Below are positions 52,319 to 64,000 of a stretch of DNA of 64,000 nt, piece by piece. Location: NCBI RefSeq assembly GCF_009834535.1, contig NC_045696.1, positions 18,540,001-18,604,000 of the forward strand, read 5' to 3'. The position numbers and the translations under genes are program-made. The notes under the pieces are model-generated. The model searched no databases. It saw only the letters and a program-made list of their open reading frames with translations, and had not been told where the DNA came from. Origin of the DNA: Camelus ferus (Eukaryota). Every line of letters begins with the position of its first letter. Position 1 is the stretch's first letter.

Positions 52319-53657
52319 ATTTATTTTTTTACTTTTTTTGAGTTATAGTCATTTTACAATGTTGTGTCAAATTCCAGTGTAGAGCACAATTTTTCAGTTA
52401 TACATGAACATACATATATTCATTGCCACATTTTTTTTGGCTGTGAGCTACCACAAGATCTTGTATATATTTCCCTGTGCTACATAGTATAATCTTGTTT
52501 ATCTGTTCCCAGTCTGTCCCTTCACACCCCCCACCCCCTTGACAACCACAAGTTTGTATTCTACATCTATGAGTCTGTTTCTGTTTTGTATATATGTTTT
52601 TTTTTTAAATTCCACATCTGAGCAATCTCATATGGTATTTTTCTTTCTCTTTCTGGCTTACTTCACTTAGAATGACATTCTCCAGGAGCATCCATATTGC
52701 TGCAAATGACGTTATGTTGTTGGTTTTTGTGGCTGAATAGTATTCCATTGTATAAATATACCACTTCTTTATCCAGTCATCTGTTGATGGACATTTAGGC
52801 TGTTTCCATGTCTTGGCTATTGTAAATAATGCTGCTATGAACATTGGGGTGCAGGTGTCATCCTGAAGTAGGGTTCCTTCTGGATATATGCCCAGGAGCA
52901 GGATTCCTGGGTCATACAGTAAGTCTATTCCTAGTCTTTTAAGGAATCTCCATACTGTTTTCCACAGTGGCTGCACCAAATTGCATTCCCATCAGCAGTG
53001 AAGGAGGGTTCCCTTTTCTCCACAGCCTTTCCAGCATTTGTATTTGTGGGCTTTTGAATGATGGCCATTCTGACTGGTGTGAGGTGATACCTCATTGTAG
53101 TTTTGATTTGCATTTCTCTAATAATTAGTGAGCAATTTTCCATGTGCCTATTGGTCATTTGTATTTCTTCCTTAGAGAATTGCTTGTTTAGGTCTTCTGC
53201 CATTTTTGGATTGGGTTGTTTGTTTTTTTCTTATTAAGTCATATGAGCTGCTTATATATTCTGGAGATCAAGCCTTTGTCGGTTTCATTTGCAAAAATTT
53301 TCTCCCATTCTGTAGATTGTTTTGTTTTACTTGTGGTTTCCTTTGCTGTGCAGAAGCTTGTAAGTTTCATTAGGTCTCATTTGTTTATTCTTGCTTTTAT
53401 TTCTATTGCTTGAGTAGACTGCTCTAGGAGAACATTTTTGAGATGTATGTCAGATAATGTTTTGCCTATACTTTCTTTTAGGAGGTTTATTTTATCTTGT
53501 CTTATGTTTAAGTCTTTGCTCCATTTTGAGTTTATTTTTGTGTATGGTATAAGGGAGTGTTCTGGCTTAATTGATTTACATGCTGCTGTCCAGTTTTCCC
53601 AACATCATTTGCTGAAGAGACTGTCTTTATTCCATTGTATGTTCTTGTCTCCTTTGT
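52319..53657 (-). mobile_element. Young 5'-truncated camelid-type L1 (L1-1_Vpa-like), about 1.34 kb
   Basis: ORF2 C-terminal peptides in ORFs 52605-52979 ([13 protein letters not shown]...[23 protein letters not shown]) and 52931-53203 ([23 protein letters not shown]). Possible short TSD CAGTTTT at 52312-52318 and 53658-53664. Confidence 0.95.
52605..53657 (-). pseudogene. L1 ORF2 C-terminal region, frameshifted
   Basis: Consecutive ORF2 peptides are split over different reading frames. Confidence 0.9.
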
Positions 53658-53889
53658 CAGTTTTGAGGAAAGAAAAATTTCTTCAAACACAGCAAGGCCA
53701 AACTGATAGTATCTCTTTAATAGGTTTAAGATTGTACAGTCCTTCATTAAAAACCTTCCTATTCAGATACTTCCAGTCCTGTGTGGCTTCATGGATATAT
53801 TTTACCTGTATAAGATTGTTATTCCTTTGTAAAGACAGTCATTTCCAAAGAAGTACTTGCCAGCAAACACAAGAATTTTATAATAAAAA

Positions 53890-54335
53890 AGCCATAAAGA
53901 TTGGAGTGGAAGAAATAAAACTCTCCTTACAGATAACATGATTTATGACCTGATTTATGACCAAAACTCTTAAGGTATTCAATAAGTAAACCTACAATGT
54001 CTGCAAAACAAAGGATCAATATAAGATCAATTACATTTTTATATACTAGCAGCAACTATTGGAAAATGTAACAATATCCTTTTATAACTATATAAAGCAC
54101 AAGTTTAGGAAGAGACTTAATGATAGATGTCAGACCTCTTTAATGAAAAATAGAAAATATTGCTGAGAAATTAAAGAAGACTTTATGAAATGAATGGAAT
54201 ATGATGCTTGCGGGTTAGATGATTTATTAAAATTTAATTATCCAAAAATTGCTGTATAGATTAAAGTAATACCCTGAAAATTTCTACAGATTTTTTTAAA
54301 ATAAAAATTGACAATATGATCCTAAATTTACATCA
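53890..54335 (+). mobile_element. Old L1M ORF2 fragment
   Basis: ataaagattggagtggaagaaataaaactctcc...cagataacatgatt...tttatatactagcagcaac...aaaattgacaatatgatcctaaatttaca. Confidence 0.7.
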
Positions 54336-54546
54336 AAACTTAAATGTCGCTCTGCCTCATTTGGGTATTTTATTAGCTTCTTTTCCTGTTTCCTAATTCT
54401 TCGTTCTCTTCTTTTGAATCTGAAACACAAGTCAGCTATCAAATTAATTTCAACTATTTTCTTTTCAATTTTAGAATTTCTATGTGCCTCATCTTATTTT
54501 ATCATGAAAATCTCAATCTTTTCTCTTTTTCCTATTTCCTTTCCTT

Positions 54547-54764
54547 CAGGGTTTCTCAACTTCAGGACTATTAATTTGGGGGATGAGTGAATCTTTGTTG
54601 TGGGACATGTCTCCTGTGCACTGTCAGATATTTAATAGAATTTATAACCTCCAGTCACTGGGTGACGTAGAAGGCATCTCCCCAGTTAGGATGATCAAAA
54701 ATATCCCCAGAAATTGCCAAATACTCTTAAGGGGGAAAACATCACCCTCTATCGAGAGCCGCTG
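54547..54764 (-). mobile_element. MER20 hAT-Charlie DNA transposon, full length
   Basis: 218 bp; CAGGGTTTCTCAAC ... GAGAGCCGCTG termini; internal tctttgttgtggg and aaaaatatccccagaaattgccaaat match MER20. Confidence 0.9.
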
Positions 54765-56777
54765 CTTTATTTTACTTAACATATCTCTTGTAATTTTCTT
54801 GAAGTTGTGTATACGTGTGTACCTACTCCAAAATGTTGGATCATTTATGGTTTTAAAGTCATTCTTCCTGGACTTTGGCCGTAAATCCTTGTTTCTTGTC
54901 GTGAATTCAATTTACTCTGAGTATTGTTTATGTAGAAATATAAATTTGGGTTAATATTCTGTTCCTCCTAGAGGATTCAGCATTTGCTTTCTCTTTAGTA
55001 ACTCTCCTTCTGTGTAATTTTAGCTCTCTAGCTCCAGCTGCTTCTTGAATTCCTTACATTTTTAAGCAAAAACTTTAAAAAAAATCATATTCTTTTCTAT
55101 TTAATCAGCAAGAATGATGTTCTGCTGCATACTACAAATCGAAACAGAATCAGAGTAAACTTGTTGATCTGTATTTAATTTTTGATGAGTCCAGGAAATA
55201 TATAACTCCTGGCCTGTGAATAAACTTTTCAGTTTTATGCAATATTGTCCTCAAAATATCCATTCATTTTTTTCACAAGTAATCTGTATGTAATTTCCAA
55301 ATCTACTTAGTTAATTTTTTTCCTTATGTGGTTTTATTTTTGTTTTCTAAAGTTCTTTATCTTTACTTCAGTTAAAATCATATTTAAAATAGTGTTTAGC
55401 TGGTTCAAGCTTCAATGCTATTGGGTTGCTAAATTAAACCTTGCTTGCTTTTTGTTGGGATTTCCCTTTGGGATTGCTACCTTTTTTTCAACAGAATCGG
55501 AATGAATTTCACTCTGTCACACATGGTAGAGGAATGGGAGTCACTGGAGAAAGAAAATTTACAAAGCCAATGACAGCAAGTTAAAAAAAATAAATTACCC
55601 TTAACTTTCTCTTCAGCCAGAGAGTAGCATTTTAATTTTGTTTTTTAAAAAGTTAAGGGCACATTTAGGGCATAGTCTTGTCAGTAATACCTTGGCTCTG
55701 CTTATATTTAATATTGTGCATTTTCCCCAAGTCATAGCTAAGTAAATCTCCTTGTCGACCTTCATGTCTCTGGGTTCATCTCTGTAAAATGAGGGGGGAA
55801 ATGTAGATTTCATCAGACCAGGAGTTAATATCACATATTCCTGAAATAATTCATATTATGACAATGAACAATGTTAAAGCATATATTTTTATATATGTGA
55901 TAGAGTGATACTTCAAGCATACATTGTGTTGAATAACCTCAGTTTTTACTTAATCTTCAATATTTTCAGCTTTATCTTGGCTTTATACTTTCATTATCTT
56001 TGAGGAGGAAGTTGTTTGTCATTCCTCATATTGAGCTAGAAAATAAGTTTGTGAAATATCTCCTCCTATCCAGATCTTTAGAATATGTCCGATTATCAAA
56101 AGTTGCACAGATTTGTTAGAACTGCAGTGAACATTTTTCTGATATAATAAAAAAATTTAAGGTGTCAGTTTTCTTTCTCTTAAAAAAATTTATTGCTAAC
56201 CACATGTTTCTTTTCAAACAACTAAAGTTAACTAGTTAAGATGCAGGGTTTGTTAAAGTACTTCCATCACCAATATTTTATAATTCATAGAAATCTGTTT
56301 ATCTAGACATCTTTAGCAATAAGAGTTCTGATATTACTTTGAGTATTTCCTTTGACTTTGTTTATTCCTTCCTTCAATTAACATTAGAGTACATATTACG
56401 TATCCACCACTCAGATAAGCAGAATAGATAAAACTCTGACTTAATTTCTTATTTTCATTTACAAATGAGCAAGTAATGCATTGGTAAAGGCAATAAAGAA
56501 TGAAAATCAAGGAGAGAATAAAGGGTTTATAGGCATTACGGATTGTGGGATGTGTTTTTTTTTTTATTTCCTTGGTGGTCAATATAATTTATCAATATGC
56601 CAGAAGACATCCAGGAAAAACAAATGAAAGGGAAGGAATCTGGAGTAAGTTAATAGGAAATAAAACTGATATATCCAAACCAAACTTTTGTTATATATCT
56701 TACTCTTACTATAAAATATAAAGGATTCAAAAACATTCATATTTGTAAATTGGTTGAATAATTCTTTTTGGGGAACA

Positions 56778-57243
56778 AATTATTAGTTTAGTGAACACAT
56801 TTAAGGTGTACCACATGAAAATTTGATATATACATAATTACTGTGGTCAATCTGAATAACATATCCATATCCTCACATTGTTATTTTGTATGGGTGTGTT
56901 GGCAATTTTAAATCTAACTTGAAATCTAACTTCTTGGCAAATTTCCCAGTGTACAATACAGTATCATTAACTACAGTCACCCTGCTGTACACTGGGTCTC
57001 TAAATTGACCCATACTACATACATGCAACTTTGTCCCCTTTGACCCACATCTCCCCCAACTTGCATCCTAGGTAACCACCATTCTACCCTCTGATTCTAT
57101 GCATTTAACTTTTTTAGAACACACATGTAAGTGAGATCATGCAGCATTTTTCTTTCTGTGGCTGTCTTATTTCATTTAGCATTCTTAGTTCATTCATTTT
57201 GTCACAAGTGGCAGGATCTTTTTTTTTTAAAGCTGAATAATAA
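56778..57243 (-). mobile_element. L1 3' UTR fragment (L1MA8/9-like)
   Basis: catttaaggtgtac...tacaatacagtatcattaactacagtcaccctgctgtaca...ggtaaccaccattctac...taagtgagatcatgcagc. Confidence 0.85.
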
Positions 57244-59598
57244 TGACAAAATTACACTTAAAAGTATAGCCAGTGAAGATTTTATGTATTGTGTGAAAGT
57301 TGATACTTAAATTAAGACAAAGGATGTGAGAGAATGTTTTATTTCGGGTTATTAAATTGCAAAGTTAGTTGAGTTGCATTTTTTTTACACTGGTATTATC
57401 TAGTCATACGCTTTTCCTGAGATGACTTCTCACAATTCCTTTTCTGTTAATAGAGAAATATATTGGTTTAAATTAACCCTAGTTTACATGGAAATATCTG
57501 CCAATGAGAAAATAAAATGATAACCAGAAATACAGTTATCTAATTCCTTAATCAACTATTTTAACCAGATATTTTATAAATATTGTAAGTCTCCTGAAAA
57601 AAATAATTCAGTAATTCATTTTGTGTATGTGAATAACATCATAGACACAGAGATATACACACATATGCCACATTCAGGAGGTGGTAATTCCCAACTGGCT
57701 ATCTTTAAAAACTCACGTCACCATCAAATTTTTTTGACATGATAATTTGTCCTCTCTGAAAATGTCTAATAGTTTGGATCCACATTAAGTCAGAAAAGCT
57801 TATTTTGATTAGACTTAATCTGATTCTTGATAATTTCTAAAATATTACTAATATAACACAATCTAGTTTTGGACTAAAAATGTTTAAGAGAAATATTTAC
57901 TGGCATAATTTGTTCATTTATGCTTATAGATACTTAATGATCAGTTTGGAATGTGGTTAGGTGGACAATATATGATCAGACAGAATGACATTTGTGAATT
58001 TAGGAAAGATATTTTGTAATTGAATTTTTATATGAGGCTATTGAAGAAGAAATAGTGATTTGATCAAGTGTATTTAGCTAACTGCTGGCAAAGGCTGGCA
58101 ATTCTCTTGAAGACAATTGAGTACTTTATTGTTTTATCCTCAGGAAACTATACGAAGAAGAAAAAGATAGTACCCAATGTTACAAATCTGGGGAAAATGA
58201 AGTAGAAATAAGTATAAATAAAACTAATCGCATCAGAGAATGCTCACTGTCCTTCAGTACCGTTTTTATTTTAGTCAGAGAACACTTCAACCCAGAATTC
58301 TTGATGAGCCTGAGGCCACACGCCTAGAAATTACATTTCAGTCTCTTAAATACATTTGGGTGGCCATACCAATAAATTCTGGCCACTAGTATGATTGGGT
58401 GGATGGAGATGGGTGATGGAAGCTACTTATGAATTGATTCTGGTAAGAAGCTTGCCTGGTTTGTTTCACCTCCGTTCACCTGACATGAATTTAAAGATGG
58501 TAGGGTCTAACCTTACACTGCTCACTTGTGTGGTACTGAGTGATGAAAAATGCCCGACTTCTGAGCCACTGTATGATGGGGGCTCTTTACTAGCAACTTA
58601 ACCCACCATCTGCACCCTAACTGTTCTAGAAGAAAAATGGAGGGTGTCCATATCGCTCCCAGTAAACACACACATGCACACCCTGCTCAGTTTCCTCTGG
58701 CCTAATTATTAGAGGTTTATTCTTCAAGCAGATTCAGAATTTCTTTCATACCTAAGTGAAATGTAAAAACTGTTTTCCCCTCTAGAAATCTACCTCTTTT
58801 CATACATACTATTTACTGGGTAAAAATAAAATATGAGTTCGCACACAAAAATTAGAGTGCTCCAGGGAGAGGGGCTTAACTAGTTTTTCATCTGTAGTTT
58901 GTTCTCAGACACTTTTCTTGAGATCGTACATATGAGGCATTTCAGGGAATTGAGAAGATACTGAGTTCATATATGTTGTAACAAGATGAAAATAATCGGT
59001 GAAAGTACGTATTTGATTTATGTTTACAGTCACGATATTTACAATTCCATTTGGAGTTGTGTTGCTGTATTTTCTTTCTGAGACTATTGCCATAAAAAGT
59101 TGGTACCACTGTAACAACTGACATTCACAATTTTTGTGCATGAGTCTCTAGAGTTTGGCAGATGCTATATTTTCCTAAAATTGTTGACAAAGGAACTTGT
59201 ATGTTCCTGGTATGTTGTCTCATGACCTCACAGACTCTAATAAGTGCACAACCTCCAAGATGCACTGTCTTGTAACCATGAAGTCTCCTGATCTCACGGG
59301 CTGAACGAGTCAGCTCTCTCTAGGTCTAGCAATTCATGGTTTTGACATTATAAGGAGGAGCCGTCTTAATGGAGTTTGGATCCAGGGCTTTCTTGGAAGG
59401 AGAGGTCAAATATAAGTCAAGAACATAAACTTCGCCTTCTGTAAAAATTCAGAACTGAACTTGGAAGATCATGAGACTGTGAAACTATGAGATCTCTTTT
59501 TAATCCCCAGGTCTACCTCTAATTCAGTTCTTTAACTAAATACCCGTGTTAGGGAATTACTGCAGGGAGAGAATTGTCTGGCTCTCTGGCTCTGCGCA

Positions 59599-59643
59599 TT
59601 TCTCTTTCTTTCTCTGTCTCTGTGTCTGTCTGTCTGTCTCTGT
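59599..59643. repeat. Pyrimidine-rich (TC/TCTG)n microsatellite-like tract
   Basis: tttctctttctttctctgtctctgtgtctgtctgtctgtctctgt. Confidence 0.7.
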
Positions 59644-60009
59644 CATTTTGGACTCCTCTGATAGGCAATGTGGTCCTCCCGGTCATTGTTGAATGTTCAT
59701 CTGATTTCTCTTTAGAGACTTCATACTTGGCACACTTGCTCCTCCATCTTTTTAACTTTGAACCTCAGCAGCTGGAACTAGGTATGTAAACATGAATGCC
59801 CTTTGCACACTTATATCACCCACCTTGCTCACCTAGGGATGGCTATTTATTCTGTAGATCAGATTTTATTTCTTAAAGCTTTGTGTGTGACCACACTCTC
59901 CAATGGCTTTAATAAAAAGTCCTTATGTCCATTAGGGTATATCTGGAGATTTACTGCTACTAAGGTCAGAAGTCTCATCTTTCTAAACCCTCTTTGGAAG
60001 CAAATCCTC

Positions 60010-61230
60010 TTCTAATAGTGTGTGTATATTTGTGGGAGTTTTCTGATAGCCTTTAACTGTGCATGATATTTGTGTACGATACAAGTATTATAACTGTTCT
60101 CTATATAGGACGCCATTATTCTCACTGCCAGTTTCCGTGTATTATATCTTCAATCCAATGTCTAATGCTACTTTTATGTTATGCCAAATTGTTATATCAC
60201 CACTATTTTATTTCTGGATCCTCTTTGCTGACCTGTTCACCTGTGTATTTCTTCATTTCTGTGTCAACACCACAATGTTTGTAATTGCTTTAGAACTGAA
60301 AAAAAAAAAAATAACTTGATAACCCATAGGAGAAAAGTACTTTATTCTCTCTTAACAAATTTTCTTGGGTGTTACAGGAGACTCAGTCTTTAAAACATAT
60401 TTTACAACTGGATTGTGAAGTCAGATTTATTGGAATTAAATTGGAGTTACAGATCAATTTATAGATACAAGACAATTTATTTTCATTGCCCTTCCCACTT
60501 AGAAACATTGTATGTCCTATTTCTCAGTGTTACTTTATGTACTGCTGTGGACTTTTGCTTTATTTGTCATAAGACTCTTGATATTTCTTGAAGTTTAACA
60601 TTTTATATGGTTTACTTAGATCACACATGGTAATCTTTTCAATTCCATTACATCACTATTGAACATATGCCATTAATTTATCTAAGTTGATTTTATATCC
60701 TTACATATTAGAAAATGTATCTTGTTCCTCTTAAATACGTTTTATTTCCTATGGTGGGAATCATATTTTTTCAAGTAATTCTGGTTTTCCCTCCTTATTC
60801 TAAGGACTTTTGTTGTGCCTTATTTTTATTAGTTTTTACTTCCAGGAAAAGTTTCATAGAATGAGTTATGGATTTAATGGAGTGCCCCTTAAGTTTTTAC
60901 CTTATCTTGTGTCTTTATTAATCCAATATGTTTACTAATTTAATATCCTCTTAAAGGTTAAAAGTTTTATGTTAAGTATTATAACATATAAAAACATTTT
61001 GATAAAGTATAAAGGCATATGGTATTTTTTATTTGTTAATGGATAGATTATATTACTGCCTTTATGTAGAACCATTCTGTTGTTTATCATGAAATTGCCA
61101 TTAATACTGAAAGTTTTGCAAAACAGATTTCTTAAACCGTCTACAATTGTGTCCTTCTGTAGTATGAGATCTTTGTTTCCACTAAGGCTTGGATATACTC
61201 ATCATATATTTCATTATCAATTTTATGAAG
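60010..61230 (-). mobile_element. Very old L1 (L1ME-like) ORF2 remnants
   Basis: tttattggaattaaattggagttacagatcaattt and ttgattttatatcc among other degenerate L1 antisense motifs. Confidence 0.55.
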
Positions 61231-64000
61231 AAGTTATTTGTCTCCTTAAGCTTTATTAAGGCTTGTCTTGTAGTTAAGGCACTTCCATGTGTGTTCTGTT
61301 ACGACTCTCTTCTGTATTATCACTTCTCTGCCTTCTGCAGTGCCGTTAAACATGGCTTCTGATCTCAGTATTTTGCACGCCTGTGAATGTAGTTGTGTCA
61401 CAGTGTGCGAGGAGATTGTAGAGAGGAGTTCTGAAATCAAGGAATTGGACTAGTGATAGGGCAAAGTGAATTACAGTGTCTAGTAGGTGGAAGAATCACA
61501 CACACATCGCTTGTCTAGAACAGGAATAGAAGATAAAAAAAAAAAAAGTAGCTCCTGTTGTTTCCTTGGAGTATTTATTCATGTTTGAGCTGTTTCTATC
61601 GCCTGGTCTCAGAAAACTACTCCAGCTTCAGTGGTACATTCAGAGACATCGCAAGGATTTGGAAAACACTAATAGGATACTTTGCTTGAGCAAGAGCTGA
61701 AAATAGGGTTCCTATATAAAAGGGAAGGTCAGTACATGTTAGTATCTACTGCCTTATATGTACATGGGAGCAAACTATCTAAAATGAACAAGTTGAAATT
61801 TTTGGCCCTAAATGTATGTGAAGGAAAGCTCACATCAACTGCTAATTGTCTTGGAGTTTAGACACTGTGGTCTCCTAGTTTACTTCTCAAATTTGATGAG
61901 CAGCAGAGCTTGAAACTGTGTTAATGGCAAAGGTAGAAAACAAACCCAGCAGTTGACCCACTGATTCAATGAGTGTTTAGAGAAATCATCTAAGTATTTC
62001 TCAGTCCTAGTTTCTAAAGTCCATCCACAAGAAATTTGGAAGTAGATTTCAATGATAGATGTTAACTATATAATCGTTACTTTCTGACCAAATAAACTGA
62101 GTAGCTGGAGATAGGTAAGATTGGCTGTACTCAGAGAACGTCAGTCTTGCATATTCAGACTTAAGTCATTTTCTTTGTTCTTAAGTCAAATTCATCCCTT
62201 CCAGGCTTCCTTCTTGTCTTGTGTGGCAAAGGGCTGCAAAAAATCCCCTATACACCTTTTTCCAAGATGGTGATAACTGATTCATTGGAGTTTCCCATCC
62301 TAAGTAATGTTTAATTTCACATACATTCAATACTAACGCTATAACTTAAAGTTCCTAACCACTGGGGAAATTGGAATGGGAACATACACAGTTACAACTT
62401 TGACGAAGGCAGGGATCTCCAACTATCAGGAATAATAAAATGCTTTTGACTGTCATTGATTCCTGAGGTTAAAAGAATATAATTCCTAACTTATACTAGA
62501 TTTCTTGTTTAGTTATTTTTCTTTGGCTGGTCTGATCTGGGTTACCCTGGCTCTTTCTACTGAACTTATTAATTCAACTTTTATTTCAGTTAGCCAACAT
62601 TATTGTATGCCTTGCCCTTCTATTCAGTATGAACACTCCTAGATCAATACTAAATTCCATTACCATCTTGAGCTGCTAGCTTCCTCACTCTTTTTACTTG
62701 GCCATTTATGAAAATCAGATGTCTCCATTGCCCAGAATAGAGTGTGTGGGATAGATGCATATATAGAAGTTGAAGATAAAAAAATATGAAAATGTGGGTT
62801 TTTTCCCCCTCAGTTTTCATTTTGATTCAGGTTTCTAAAGCATGGGTCTAATTTATTAAAAGTATAAGTTAATAAAATTGGTTGAATAGTTTTAGTGGAA
62901 TTGAAAGGATGGTAGAAAAGACTCTTAACAACTTGTCTTATAGATCTTATTTATAATGCAGTTAGTTAAAACCAGGAGAGATCAATATGCATTGCGTGCT
63001 TAGTTTAGCAGAGGAATATTAAGTGTATTCTTACTGTTCTTTTCCTGCATCTCTAGAGTTTACAGATTCTGGACCAATTAAAGGCTTTAGCCTTCTACAG
63101 GGAATTGCCCTATTAAGATTCAGTGCTGCAAATGTTTGAATTCTTCTGAAGAGAAAAAGTCAAGATTCATTTTTATTTTCCAATAATCCTCTTCTATTTT
63201 CAATATAAAATCAAAATAATGTTAATTCCTCTGGGGGGAGAGAGTGACAGTAATTTGATAAGCTATCTTCTGAATAGTGCTGAAAAAGGAGAGGATACAA
63301 ATTTTCCCTGACCATTCAAATCTAACTGTTAAGAGTTTAAATCAGTAAGTTCTGGTGAATCTGTTAAATAGATTTTTTTTTTAATCCATTGGCTGATGAA
63401 GCAACACATATCTTCATTATTCCCCATACCATTGTCATAATATATTTACCAGCAGAACAATATAAACTGTTTTTGTCTCATGCATATTGATAAAATTATA
63501 GTTATAACCATACACATTTAAATGATTTCACATGGTGGTAAGGCACTCTTAATTATGATATGTAATGATGCTACAAATCCTTAATGTGTTGATTATTTTC
63601 TTGGATAAGAGTTATCTTCGCTAAGAAGATAGACTGAAAATGTAGTGAGAAGAATACCTGGAGATAAAACTGTAATTATGTGCATAATCAGATCATAGAA
63701 GCTTACACTTAAAACAATTTCCCCCCAAAATAGGTATTTATAAGACAAAGAAAGGCGGGGATGGATTTGTTTTATTTCTCATAAGGTTACCTGCACATTT
63801 ATATAATTGTCTTAAGTTTATTTTTGAAATGTGTATGATTGTGGCAAATTAAGAAGTCTTGATATCAGAATGTTCTTATATGATGATGGCTGGATTAAAT
63901 ACGGTGGTAGTTTTAAAGCCCACTGGCAGCAGAGAGCGTCCTAGAGAGAAGGCAATTTAGTTCTCTCTTGCTGCTTATGAAAGCATCCCCAAATTTCGTA

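Noticed and set aside
53438..53941. Longest ORF in the window (167 aa, + strand)
   Set aside because: Mostly antisense L1 ORF2 running into flanking DNA; starts at TTG and has no protein family signal.
61340..61452. Acceptor-like site followed by a short ATG ORF (MASDLSILHACECSC...)
   Set aside because: Only 33 codons, a weak donor and no recognisable homology.
1..64000. The short (60-167 aa) ORFs in the supplied track as host protein-coding genes
   Set aside because: They have low-complexity F/L/I/K-rich composition typical of AT-rich DNA, often use non-ATG starts, and show no recognisable domains apart from transposon remnants.

Overview
This is AT-rich, CpG-poor placental-mammal genomic DNA, not prokaryotic. 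It is probably camelid. That call rests on the diagnostic young L1 3' end at 21336-21536 and 52319-52560, recalled as the L1-1_Vpa type, and on the absence of Alu, Bov-A/BovB, PRE-1, ERE and CanSINE elements. I found no protein-coding gene I can support; the only recognisable ORFs are decayed transposon proteins (Tigger1 transposase, ERVL protease/RT, L1 ORF2). The window is a layered transposon graveyard: Tigger1, a Tigger2-type MITE, MER20, MIR/L2 relics, many L1 fragments, about 9 LTRs and a degraded ERVL provirus. Most interesting: (1) a solo LTR with a perfect TSD that has kept its CpGs, unlike its paralog in the window, and adjoins a candidate + strand first exon, suggesting an LTR co-opted as a promoter; (2) a young 373-bp solo LTR whose U3 is a tandem array of NRF1 and ARE/AP-1 motifs; (3) an orphan L1 3' transduction inside Tigger1; (4) telomere-like filler DNA at an L1 deletion junction. 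Repeat family names come from recall of consensus sequences and were not database-checked. Boundaries without a TSD are approximate.
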